64,000 bases of DNA from a virus: positions 5,262-69,261 of the IMG/VR virus record IMGVR_UViG_3300027849_000012. The stretch is one strand, 5' to 3'. Of this stretch, positions 9,683-18,171 are shown piece by piece. The notes below the pieces were generated by a model that saw only the letters and a program-made list of their open reading frames with translations, was not told where the DNA came from and searched no databases. The translations under genes and the position numbers were made by a program. Numbering within the stretch: position 1 is the stretch's first letter; every line of letters starts with the position of its first letter.

Positions 9683-10053
9683 TAAAGTTTCCTTAATGTA
9701 TCTACTATGTTAATATCCATAGGTATCTCAACCTTGTAATCTTCGGGCAAATAATGTAGTAACACTAAGAATGGTTTTATATAAGGCCAGTGGATATCCT
9801 CAATCTTATACTCTATCATTCTATTTGCCGACGGGATACCAAATACGTTATAAATCACAATCAAGTGATTCAATATTAACCGTTCCTGTAAGTCCCCGGT
9901 TAATTCATAACGTCTCAGTAATCGCTTGAGGTACTTAAATCTAGCTAAGTCCTCCTTAAACTCTTCTACATCAAGGCATTCAGGATTGGTGTAGTTTTGA
10001 GCTGCAAACATCTCAAAGTTTTTTCTATTCAATGTATCAAATATTTTCATCAT
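9682..10053 (-). CDS. Conserved T4-like hypothetical protein
   Basis: EFKEDLARFKYLKRLL, RLILNHLIVIYNVFG. Confidence 0.7.
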   Translation of the reverse strand: MMKIFDTLNRKNFEMFAAQNYTNPECLDVEEFKEDLARFKYLKRLLRRYELTGDLQERLILNHLIVIYNVFGIPSANRMIEYKIEDIHWPYIKPFLVLLHYLPEDYKVEIPMDINIVDTLRKL

Positions 10054-10081
10054 ATATTATATATAACCCGTAGGTTAGGTA

Positions 10082-10846
10082 CTAGTCTTCCTCATTATCG
10101 GATTCGTAGTTCTTGTCAACATAGTCAAAGAATTCCTTTTTCTTATCGCCTTCTAATTCAGCAGGAGATTTAACGCCAAACTTCTTTAGAGCCGACTGAA
10201 AGAATTTTTTATACTTCTCTTGCTTTGCAGAAGCTTCAGACTGGACACTTTCATTAGCAAGTCTTAGAGCATCGTCTACTGCTTTAGCCTTTGAAAGACC
10301 TTTCTTTAACTTCTCGATCTTCTTAACAGCACCAGTCATGTCACCGCCCATTTCTTTAGCAATTTTTACTGCTTTAGCTTCAAGAGGGTCACCAGCTTCT
10401 TTAACTTCCTTTTCGTCTTCGTCTTCGTCTTCGTGCTTATCTTCTTCAACTTCATCCTTATCACCGTCTTTAGCTTTCTTCTTAGCAATAGCGGCTTTAA
10501 GGGCAGGAGGTAATTCACCTTCAGCAACTTCTTCTGACTCTTCTTTTACAACAGTTCCGTCTTCTTTATCACCAGACTTCTTAACCTTGTGCTTACCTTT
10601 AAACTCTTTCTCGCCTTTGGCTTTAGGCTCTTCGGGAGATTCGTCAACATCAGGTGCTTCGTGGGTGTAACCTTTATCCATAAGGTCTTTGTGTTCAGCT
10701 TCATCTTTAGCTGAAACCTTCTTACCTTCAGGACTCCACATATCATGGGGATACGTGACTTCCTCTTCTTCTTTTATCTTTTTACCTTCAAGCACCGCAC
10801 TGACAGAATCAGCAATGCTCATAGTAATATCATCATTTAATTTCAT
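10082..10846 (-). CDS. Glu/Lys-rich putative prohead core or internal protein
   Basis: Highly charged, with many V/L/I-x-E sites (VLEG, IKEE, VKEE, VEED, VKEA); SD AGGAG before MKLNDD. Confidence 0.65.
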   Translation of the reverse strand: MKLNDDITMSIADSVSAVLEGKKIKEEEEVTYPHDMWSPEGKKVSAKDEAEHKDLMDKGYTHEAPDVDESPEEPKAKGEKEFKGKHKVKKSGDKEDGTVVKEESEEVAEGELPPALKAAIAKKKAKDGDKDEVEEDKHEDEDEDEKEVKEAGDPLEAKAVKIAKEMGGDMTGAVKKIEKLKKGLSKAKAVDDALRLANESVQSEASAKQEKYKKFFQSALKKFGVKSPAELEGDKKKEFFDYVDKNYESDNEED

Positions 10847-10856
10847 AGTAGTTCTC

Positions 10857-11156
10857 CTATTGTATGAAAAGCATTCCTGCAATAGCGGCAGCGGATGCTG
10901 TCAATACTATCCAGAATATCTTGTTTATAACATTTACGGTTGATTGGTTATCTCTAACCATAGCATCCAATGTCTCTATTCTATTTATAACTGCTAGAAT
11001 TTGAGCTCCTTGCTGCTTTTGTATATCCATAAGAGTGGATATCTTCTCTTCAGCTCTTGCAAGTGATATGATGGCATCAGACATAGAATCGAGCTTAGTT
11101 TCGATCCTATTAAGCCGACTCGATTGTTCATTTCTCTGATCTTGTGCTGTTGACAT
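10857..11156 (-). CDS. Coiled-coil protein with a C-terminal TM (XhlA/holin-like)
   Basis: RLNRIETKLD coiled coil followed by IFWIVLTASAAAIAGMLF. Confidence 0.55.
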   Translation of the reverse strand: MSTAQDQRNEQSSRLNRIETKLDSMSDAIISLARAEEKISTLMDIQKQQGAQILAVINRIETLDAMVRDNQSTVNVINKIFWIVLTASAAAIAGMLFIQ

Positions 11157-11421
11157 GTTTAAAAACCCTACATTTTAATGGGGTGGCCCCTTTTATTAAT
11201 CTATGATATTCAAAACTTTTAATATCAAATACCATTCCTTTTTTCAATAACCAAGGGAGACAATTTTGGACTTGGAATTGCCAACCCTCACCACTCATTA
11301 TCTCGATTTCTCTATCTTCTGCATCTCGGTGCCAGACGTATTCCGAGTCACTTGCATCCGGATTAAATTCTCTTATATCCGCATCTTCCCAGTACGGTTT
11401 ACCAAAAGTAAGATCCACCAC
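11128..11421 (-). CDS. Small cupin-fold protein
   Basis: WHRD..DREI and YHRLIKG cupin-like metal motifs. Confidence 0.6.
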   Translation of the reverse strand: MVDLTFGKPYWEDADIREFNPDASDSEYVWHRDAEDREIEIMSGEGWQFQVQNCLPWLLKKGMVFDIKSFEYHRLIKGATPLKCRVFKHVNSTRSEK

Positions 11422-11767
11422 CTTTTAGCCCTAATTGTTTGGCGTATTTCGGAAGGCGACAAGCCCAATACCCAGCCTTGGTTTTGTCATTCTTCGTGTC
11501 GCATTGATGTCTAGCAGCAAAACTCTTTGCTGCACCCTTATCGTTAATCTTAGCAGTAAGTCCAGTTGTGTCTCCAAACTGAATCTTTATAACATTACCT
11601 TTATCGTTCTTAACATAGACATAATATTTCTTAGTGCCGCCCCTCTTAGGCTGATTCAATTCAACATCTTCATCTTTAGTAGCTTCAATCATCGGCTGTT
11701 CTAAGGGAACGTGGTGTCCCTCATAGATTCCGAATCTTTCATCAATATGTTCTAAAAAACTATGCAC
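11399..11767 (-). CDS. Conserved hypothetical protein, putative internal head protein
   Basis: GTG start at 11767 gives MHSFLEHIDE; KKYYVYVK..IQFGD and KSFAARHQC..GYWAC motifs. Confidence 0.65.
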   Translation of the reverse strand: MHSFLEHIDERFGIYEGHHVPLEQPMIEATKDEDVELNQPKRGGTKKYYVYVKNDKGNVIKIQFGDTTGLTAKINDKGAAKSFAARHQCDTKNDKTKAGYWACRLPKYAKQLGLKGGGSYFW

Positions 11768-11771
11768 ATTT

Positions 11772-12458
11772 TTATCCAAACTTCGCTGCAAACTTTTTAA
11801 GTGGGATAGTATCGAATCCACCAAACTCATCTTCAACCCTATATGATAGTTTACCACCACTAATTAGTGGTTTTGCACTATACAATTTACCATCTTTAGC
11901 TCTTAGGCCCGTGACTTCAGACCCCTTTATAGAAACACCTTTCATCTTCGGAGCTTTAGCTTCGTCAACTTCAACTGATTCTTTAACTATTTTGATATCT
12001 TTTCCAGGCACTCCGTTGGCTTCCTTACCATCATCTAAATCAATATCGAAGGACTTATCAGCACCTTTAAACTTGCCATTGTCCATTTGTCTAATGATGC
12101 CTTCTTTTCCAGCAAAGCGACCTTTAGTAATTTTCACTCGGCTGCCTAATTTTTTTGCTTCTTCAACTTCAACCGATTCTTTTACATTCTTACCCTTTTT
12201 AATTATATCTTGCGCAGTTCTTTTATCGAACCCCAAGCCTAAGTCATCGGTATCTGTTATCCAGTTCATCAGTTCTTTTTCAGAACCGGTAACTTTAAGG
12301 GTTCCTTTCTTTTTGTTATAACCGTCTACATACACACCAAAGTCAGCCTTGATATCACCGGACAATTCTCTATCTGGTCGATCCTGATCCCAGTCCACTT
12401 CAACCTGTTTATAGGCTTCGGGTAATATGCTTTGTCTAACTTCATTAAATTTTTTCAT
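11772..12458 (-). CDS. Modular putative internal protein with a KOW-like motif
   Basis: Leader MKKFNEVRQSILPE; two VKESVEV(E/D)EAK linkers; GSRVKITKGRFAGKEGII. Confidence 0.7.
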   Translation of the reverse strand: MKKFNEVRQSILPEAYKQVEVDWDQDRPDRELSGDIKADFGVYVDGYNKKKGTLKVTGSEKELMNWITDTDDLGLGFDKRTAQDIIKKGKNVKESVEVEEAKKLGSRVKITKGRFAGKEGIIRQMDNGKFKGADKSFDIDLDDGKEANGVPGKDIKIVKESVEVDEAKAPKMKGVSIKGSEVTGLRAKDGKLYSAKPLISGGKLSYRVEDEFGGFDTIPLKKFAAKFG

Positions 12459-12892
12459 TTCTTTATAGTCCTCACTATTTTGCTTGTTAGCATTTTAATA
12501 GCAGTCATATAGGCAAAACCTAGTCCGAAAACTGCATGGAATGTATGATTCTTTTCTATTTCTGATTTAGGTCCTAACTTCTTGGTCCAGTTATCTACCC
12601 ACTCGCCTTTGTATCTTAATACAGCATGGGATACTTTCCACTTACTCGGGCCAACTAAACAAATACCAGCTTGATGGGTGATTAACATCCACCACATTTT
12701 AAGGTGTGATTCTCCACATAGTCTATATAGAACAGACAATGCATAGTCTTCACAATCACCTACATACTTACCTGCTGCGTCTTCTGAATAGATAATCTTC
12801 CAAGCATCTTTCATACCATACTGCTCTGAATCCAATCTATACTTCCATTTAGCATTGAAAGCTTTTACTATCTTCTGGTCGTCTTTATTCAT
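12455..12892 (-). CDS. Transglutaminase-like cysteine peptidase (BTLCP-like)
   Basis: GDCEDYA, HAVL, WVDN form a Cys-His-Asp triad pattern. Confidence 0.75.
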   Translation of the reverse strand: MNKDDQKIVKAFNAKWKYRLDSEQYGMKDAWKIIYSEDAAGKYVGDCEDYALSVLYRLCGESHLKMWWMLITHQAGICLVGPSKWKVSHAVLRYKGEWVDNWTKKLGPKSEIEKNHTFHAVFGLGFAYMTAIKMLTSKIVRTIKK

Positions 12893-13557
12893 TTTTTCTG
12901 GCCCTTTATCCATTTTACTGCTATAGCATTTTCTGGAGCCTTAGAGGCCCAGTTTTTTATATCCTTGAATGCTTCTAATGTTGAGGTTTCTATATCTGAA
13001 CCCTCAGAGTTATCAAGAATAATCATACGGTTACGGAACAAACCCTGGAATTTACCAATGTTCTTTTGAACATCTTTCCACATTTTACCTACCATATCAT
13101 CTGGTAGAGAACGTGGTCGGTTATTATTTCTAGTCATTGCCGTTTCTAAATCTGTGTTTACAAATATCATGTGCACAGAATATCCTAATTTTCGTACCTC
13201 ATCAACTTGTTTCTTAATCTTTGCGTAGTCTTTACCAGTACCATCTACTACGATACCCATTCTACCCTCTAAAGCTCTGGTCATTATTTTACCAGTTAAT
13301 GCTTTAGCGCCTGCTCTTACTGCCTGACCTTGCGCGGATGCAATATCCTCTGGGTCAGTAGTAAGGCCTGCCTTTTTCAAGCCCTTTTCAAAAGCATCAT
13401 CAGAGTTAATTAATCTAAACCCTAGTGCTTTCAGAGCAGTCTTACCTACAACAAATGACTTACCCGAACCCGGGCCGCCTGCAAGAAATACTGCTTTAAA
13501 TATAGAAGGATCATTAACACCTTCCATTAAATTAAAATGTTCTTTGAATGTATCCAT
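12889..13557 (-). CDS. P-loop kinase (Pnk/zeta-toxin/AAA_33-like)
   Basis: GGPGSGKS, INSDD, VVDGTG, lid RNNNRPRSLP; leader MDTFKEHFNLME. Confidence 0.8.
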   Translation of the reverse strand: MDTFKEHFNLMEGVNDPSIFKAVFLAGGPGSGKSFVVGKTALKALGFRLINSDDAFEKGLKKAGLTTDPEDIASAQGQAVRAGAKALTGKIMTRALEGRMGIVVDGTGKDYAKIKKQVDEVRKLGYSVHMIFVNTDLETAMTRNNNRPRSLPDDMVGKMWKDVQKNIGKFQGLFRNRMIILDNSEGSDIETSTLEAFKDIKNWASKAPENAIAVKWIKGQKK

Positions 13558-13778
13558 TATTTAAGATCGTATCTGTAAGTTTTGCCTTTGGCCTGTTTGT
13601 CCTTAGACACTTTATACTTAACATGTCTTGCTAGGTTATTAACAAATTCAACATCACCCTTCTTTAATGCGGCCGCAATTACTGGTATAAGTTTCACTGC
13701 AATAGATTTAGCAATGTCATTATCAGCCATTACTAATGGTGCCTCTTCTATTCCTGTTTGCTCTAAAAATGTTTTCAT
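13557..13778 (-). CDS. Putative small internal head protein
   Basis: Leader MKTFLEQTGIEE|A. Confidence 0.6.
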   Translation of the reverse strand: MKTFLEQTGIEEAPLVMADNDIAKSIAVKLIPVIAAALKKGDVEFVNNLARHVKYKVSKDKQAKGKTYRYDLK

Positions 13779-14821
13779 TTCTTACCTTGGGCAGATTTAA
13801 TTTCAGCATCAGTTGGAGCATCCGGATGTCCCTTAGGGTTCATCTTTTTACCGCTCTTCTTTTTCTTACGGATATTGTCCCACAACCCTTTCTCATTCAT
13901 GTCTTTTGTCATATCACTAAATGATTTGAGTACATTTCGTTGTGGCGTTTCAGATGGGGTAACTGTCTTATACTTGTCAGTGACTTTCTTTTCACCAACT
14001 CCACCACAATTCTCAACCAATTCAACTTGATCTAGCCACACTCTTTTCTTCCAAGCGCCGAACTCAACCACTAGATAATTAGTCCCACAAACTAGAATGT
14101 TACCAACATCTGATGTTTCCTTAAGCACTACTTCATCACCTACCTTGAATAGTTTACCCTCAACATAGTCCTCTCGGGTATCTGATACCTTAGGTAGTTC
14201 AATGTGCTCTCTCTTGGCTTCTGATGTAAGACCCATTCCCTTTCTTACTGCTTTATATAATTCTTTAGGATCTGCGCCGGAAGGAACACCTTTAGCAAAT
14301 GTTTGAATTGAACCTTCACCTGCAGCTTGTCGCATTTTTGATGCGGACATACCTGAAACACCTTCTGCATCGGGATCTCTTTCTCCGGCAGAGATGACTT
14401 TAATTCCATCTTTGAATTCATAAAACCCGTGCCGAGATTTAACTCCGTTATACTTGTTTAATAGAATCTCGAATTCGTTAACTCTATCAGACCCAGCAAC
14501 CATTTGGACTGCAGTATAACCTTGGTCGTATAATTTAGTAGCAATATCCATAACGTGTCTGACATCATTATCTGCCATAACACTTCTAGCATGTTTAGGG
14601 AACATCTTTCGCACGAACTTGATTTTATCTTTAAATGATAGAGGATTCTTTTTAGCATCCTGAGACTTGGAAGCATATATGCGGTATGAGCCACTGGATA
14701 CTTCTTTCAACTTATTGAAAAGTTTTTCATGGCCACTTGTTGGGGGATTAAACCTGCCAAAAACAAACGTGATTTCACCCTTTGCTTCTGCGATATATTC
14801 ACTAAAACCTTTTATACTCAT
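13775..14821 (-). CDS. HIGH-family nucleotidyltransferase (cytidyltransferase-like)
   Basis: FGRFNPPTSGH, VAGSDR, GMSASKMR; leader MSIKGFSEYIAE|A. Confidence 0.85.
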   Translation of the reverse strand: MSIKGFSEYIAEAKGEITFVFGRFNPPTSGHEKLFNKLKEVSSGSYRIYASKSQDAKKNPLSFKDKIKFVRKMFPKHARSVMADNDVRHVMDIATKLYDQGYTAVQMVAGSDRVNEFEILLNKYNGVKSRHGFYEFKDGIKVISAGERDPDAEGVSGMSASKMRQAAGEGSIQTFAKGVPSGADPKELYKAVRKGMGLTSEAKREHIELPKVSDTREDYVEGKLFKVGDEVVLKETSDVGNILVCGTNYLVVEFGAWKKRVWLDQVELVENCGGVGEKKVTDKYKTVTPSETPQRNVLKSFSDMTKDMNEKGLWDNIRKKKKSGKKMNPKGHPDAPTDAEIKSAQGKK

Positions 14822-15195
14822 TATATAATTCCTTCGGAAGCATCTTTATTCTTCTGCAGCTTGGCCTTATCTGCAGCTTTGATTTTAGGCAGTAACTTCT
14901 TAGCTATTGCCGCTATCTTACCTTTCATTTTATCTAGTTTCTTTTCTAGTGCTTCACGCGCTGGAAAGGATAACTCGTCCTTACTCTTACCTTTTAGGAT
15001 CTTTTGTGTCAGAAGGTTTCTGGCAGCTTTAATGGCACGGGATTTTAATTGTTCGGGGGTAGCTGCACGCTTGGCAGCCTTTTTTCGGCCCAGGGCTATT
15101 TTACCTTTATTCTTCCTAAAGGTAGCCTTAGCTTTTTGGCGCTGGGCCATTGACATGGCTTCAGTAACGCCTGAGTGCTCTTTGAATGTTAACAT
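14821..15195 (-). CDS. Very basic putative internal/DNA-binding head protein
   Basis: Leader MLTFKEHSGVTE|A; Lys/Arg/Ala-rich helices. Confidence 0.65.
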   Translation of the reverse strand: MLTFKEHSGVTEAMSMAQRQKAKATFRKNKGKIALGRKKAAKRAATPEQLKSRAIKAARNLLTQKILKGKSKDELSFPAREALEKKLDKMKGKIAAIAKKLLPKIKAADKAKLQKNKDASEGII

Positions 15196-15212
15196 AGTAT
15201 CCTCGGTTCCAT

Positions 15213-16457
15213 TTAGTTGGGGCTATCCCAACCTTTTATAATATCTTTGCTAAAGTTGTTTGCAGAAAATTCCATTCTGTCCACAAGTTTAACAGCTCCA
15301 CCTTCCATACGATCTATAGCTACAAAACCTTCGGGGTTGGTAACCTTAAATCCGGATTTAGTCTTAACAAACGTAGATATTTTACTTAGTTTGTTAAGTT
15401 TATTTATAATAATTAATTTACTATCCACCACACTATTCTGTAAATCGAAGACTTTTTGTAAGTTAGATTGGTTGGAACTACTAAAAAACTTCAACAATTC
15501 ATCACGTTTTGTAATTTGAGCAGATTTACCTTTTTGAGAAGAACGCTTATCTATCTCCTTTGCGTATCGGTCTTTAACAAACTTTATTAGACCTGTAACA
15601 TGAGATTTAGTGTTGGTTATCCTTGCGCCGTCGCGCACCATTTTATTATTCCACACATTAATAACTAAGTTTAATTCTTTATTGGCCTGTAGCTCTTTCA
15701 GAATTGGAGCTGATACTTGTCTAAACAGTTTACCAGCTTCAGATAAATGTGCGTTTATACTAGCAGTTTCATCTGCTGTGAGTGTTGCCGTACCGGATAA
15801 ATCGTCCAGTGTAGCATCTTGCATCCATACGTCGTTAGATGATTTCAATTTAGGCACAATTAACTTACCAAAGGAAGCTTGCATTGTTTCAAACGAGTCC
15901 CCAGTATAAATTGTGTGCCACACAACCCCGATCTTAGCTCTTTCAATTGTTTTGGCGAGATCAGATCCCTTAGGCACTGCATAAGCAATAGTATTGGGAT
16001 GAAATACAATGTGTTTGACTCCATCAATTATTTCAGTCTTGAGGTCACTCTTATCAAACATGAAGTCACCTTGGATTACACCCTTAACACCTAAAGGTTT
16101 GATATAATCATATGCCATTTTTAATTTCTTGGATAAGTCACCTGAAGTATCTGCGTCTATGTCAGCATGAGACTTATATATTTTAGGGTTAGCATTAAAG
16201 ATTCCTTTCTTAGCAACAAAGAATTCTCCATCAGATGGATCTTCTCCAGCAAAGACTGCCGGTGCTCCGTCCCATTTAACCGTAACGTCAACCGAGGACT
16301 TTGAACTACCCGATAACATATCTCGTAATGATCTCAGAGCTAGAATGGCTTGCCTGGCACCACTTACTCCACCATCAATAATTAAATCCTCAATATGGGT
16401 CATGTGGCCGGTGTTTTTACTAGCGGCTTCGTGCAAGTGTCCTTTTAAAGTTTTCAT
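15213..16457 (-). CDS. Ligase-fold covalent nucleotidyltransferase (DUF6267-like)
   Basis: TVKWDG (motif I), VIQGDFMF (III), PEGFVA (IV), AVKLVDR (V); leader MKTLKGHLHE|A. Confidence 0.7.
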   Translation of the reverse strand: MKTLKGHLHEAASKNTGHMTHIEDLIIDGGVSGARQAILALRSLRDMLSGSSKSSVDVTVKWDGAPAVFAGEDPSDGEFFVAKKGIFNANPKIYKSHADIDADTSGDLSKKLKMAYDYIKPLGVKGVIQGDFMFDKSDLKTEIIDGVKHIVFHPNTIAYAVPKGSDLAKTIERAKIGVVWHTIYTGDSFETMQASFGKLIVPKLKSSNDVWMQDATLDDLSGTATLTADETASINAHLSEAGKLFRQVSAPILKELQANKELNLVINVWNNKMVRDGARITNTKSHVTGLIKFVKDRYAKEIDKRSSQKGKSAQITKRDELLKFFSSSNQSNLQKVFDLQNSVVDSKLIIINKLNKLSKISTFVKTKSGFKVTNPEGFVAIDRMEGGAVKLVDRMEFSANNFSKDIIKGWDSPN

Positions 16458-17923
16458 TTATACATACTCTTAAATTCTTTTGTCATTACAGCATTGAAAT
16501 TGGGGGCCGATGTAAATGAACCCTTATATCTTAATATGATATTACATATAGTCACCGTACCAATTTTTAAATCGAACTTTAAGTTAGCAGCCTTTGCACC
16601 AGGTTCGAATGCTTGTTTAGCACCTGGTGTAAATATGATTGCCGGTTCACCACCAGAGAATAGCTCATCTAATTGACTAGTCACTGAGTCGATGTTTTTA
16701 TATTCACCTGTCTCAACTACTACTCCTTTTTTAGGGCCGTAGTCTCCTATTCCTGTTACTAAGGTAAAATCAAAATCAACCTTTTGCAAGTCCTTTAAGT
16801 CAGCTTTAAATATTAACTGCACCAACTGGTTTGCAATGAGGTCACTATTATCAATTATAGTCTTACCCATAGTGGCGAATAATGTTCTCTTCCCCTTTAA
16901 TACTCTATTGATTAAAGCATTAGGAATTCTTTGGATATACTGTTTCCAGTTTTTATTTGTGGGTTTATCTTTCTTCATATCCTTAATCATATCTGGAGAT
17001 AGGACCTTAAGTCTAGCAGCTAATTTAATAACATGCAAGTAGAAATCTCCAGCATCTTGTTCTATACCAGCTCGGACTTTTATTAACTCAGGTGAACTAG
17101 TTAACATACTAGTGAATGCTTTATTGATCAAGGTAGGATCAGTTTCTGTTGTTCGTTTCTTTTTCTTTAGTGAAACCCCAAGATATTTCTTGCCCTTGCT
17201 TAATATGAAATCAGATGAATTGAAATCCTTCATGCCATATTTGGTCACCTGAAAGTCAGTGACATCATCATCCCAAGCTTGGCCTGTGAGATAAGCGATA
17301 TCGGAGTTATCCCAACCATTATCATGTATCACCTTAGCAGCTGATATGGCTTGACACATATTACCATAGTCGCCCACTAATGAATCAATTTGGCCTTGTT
17401 TAGCACCTTTGACATTTTTTAATTTACTACCGACAAGTTCAATTAGTAAATCCATTTCATTAGAATTAGTAGGAACAGTCTTGATAACATTAGAGGGAAG
17501 AGTGCATAGAATTGCAGTCATTAATTCGTTTGGATCATCTCCAAAGGAACTTTGTTTACCCGAGGGCCGTACATTCACATAGATGGTTTTACTTAAACCG
17601 TCATATTGGATTGCATAATCCTTTTCTTTTCTGGATCCCGGGACTTTGCCTCTGGACAATTCGGGGTGAGCATCAATAAGTTGGTTGGCTAGAGCAGTAA
17701 ACTTCTCTCTACTCTTATCATCAATTAGTTGTGATATGGCTAACCTTGAGCCAGTTTGTTTCTTAGGTCTTGTATCATATTCGATTTCAGAGTTAATTGA
17801 TCCAATAGCATCGTCTATATCTGATAACAAGTCCAGGGCAAACTTCTTTTCATTGCCCGAAAATTCGAGATTCTGTAAATCTTCGCGGACTTGTTCTCTT
17901 CTGTGTTGAACAAACTTTTTCAT
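16454..17923 (-). CDS. Putative PD-(D/E)xK restriction-like nuclease
   Basis: PNELMTAIL helix, then SSDFIL...GVSLKKK; leader MKKFVQHRREQVRE. Confidence 0.55.
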   Translation of the reverse strand: MKKFVQHRREQVREDLQNLEFSGNEKKFALDLLSDIDDAIGSINSEIEYDTRPKKQTGSRLAISQLIDDKSREKFTALANQLIDAHPELSRGKVPGSRKEKDYAIQYDGLSKTIYVNVRPSGKQSSFGDDPNELMTAILCTLPSNVIKTVPTNSNEMDLLIELVGSKLKNVKGAKQGQIDSLVGDYGNMCQAISAAKVIHDNGWDNSDIAYLTGQAWDDDVTDFQVTKYGMKDFNSSDFILSKGKKYLGVSLKKKKRTTETDPTLINKAFTSMLTSSPELIKVRAGIEQDAGDFYLHVIKLAARLKVLSPDMIKDMKKDKPTNKNWKQYIQRIPNALINRVLKGKRTLFATMGKTIIDNSDLIANQLVQLIFKADLKDLQKVDFDFTLVTGIGDYGPKKGVVVETGEYKNIDSVTSQLDELFSGGEPAIIFTPGAKQAFEPGAKAANLKFDLKIGTVTICNIILRYKGSFTSAPNFNAVMTKEFKSMYK

Positions 17924-17943
17924 TATAACTCCTATAAAATACT

Positions 17944-17972
17944 ATTATACCACAAAAAAGTGTTAATGTATA
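17944..17972 (-). promoter_or_regulatory. Sigma70-type promoter nested just downstream of a late promoter
   Basis: TATACA-N17-TATAAT with extended TG. Confidence 0.5.
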
Positions 17973-17974
17973 TC

Positions 17975-17982
17975 TATTTATA
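17975..17982 (-). promoter_or_regulatory. T4 late promoter heading the internal-protein/lysis operon
   Basis: TATAAATA in an intergenic region, about 50 nt above the 17923 start. Confidence 0.75.
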
Positions 17983-18000
17983 ATAAAAAAAATCTTAATT

Positions 18001-18171
18001 TTACCTCTCGCCACAGTTAGGCGTTACAGCCCCATCTTTATCAACATTGACAATTTTAATTTCTTCCAATTTATCAAGCATCCTTTTGGCGCCTTCCTTA
18101 ATACCAATAGTGTATGAAGTATACGCTAGGCCTGTTCCACAAAACATGAATATAATTGCTAAAGGATCCAT
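18001..18171 (-). CDS. Small membrane protein (56 aa)
   Basis: MDPLAIIFMFCGTGLAYTSYTIGIKEG...; TAATG coupling with the upstream ORF. Confidence 0.6.
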   Translation of the reverse strand: MDPLAIIFMFCGTGLAYTSYTIGIKEGAKRMLDKLEEIKIVNVDKDGAVTPNCGER

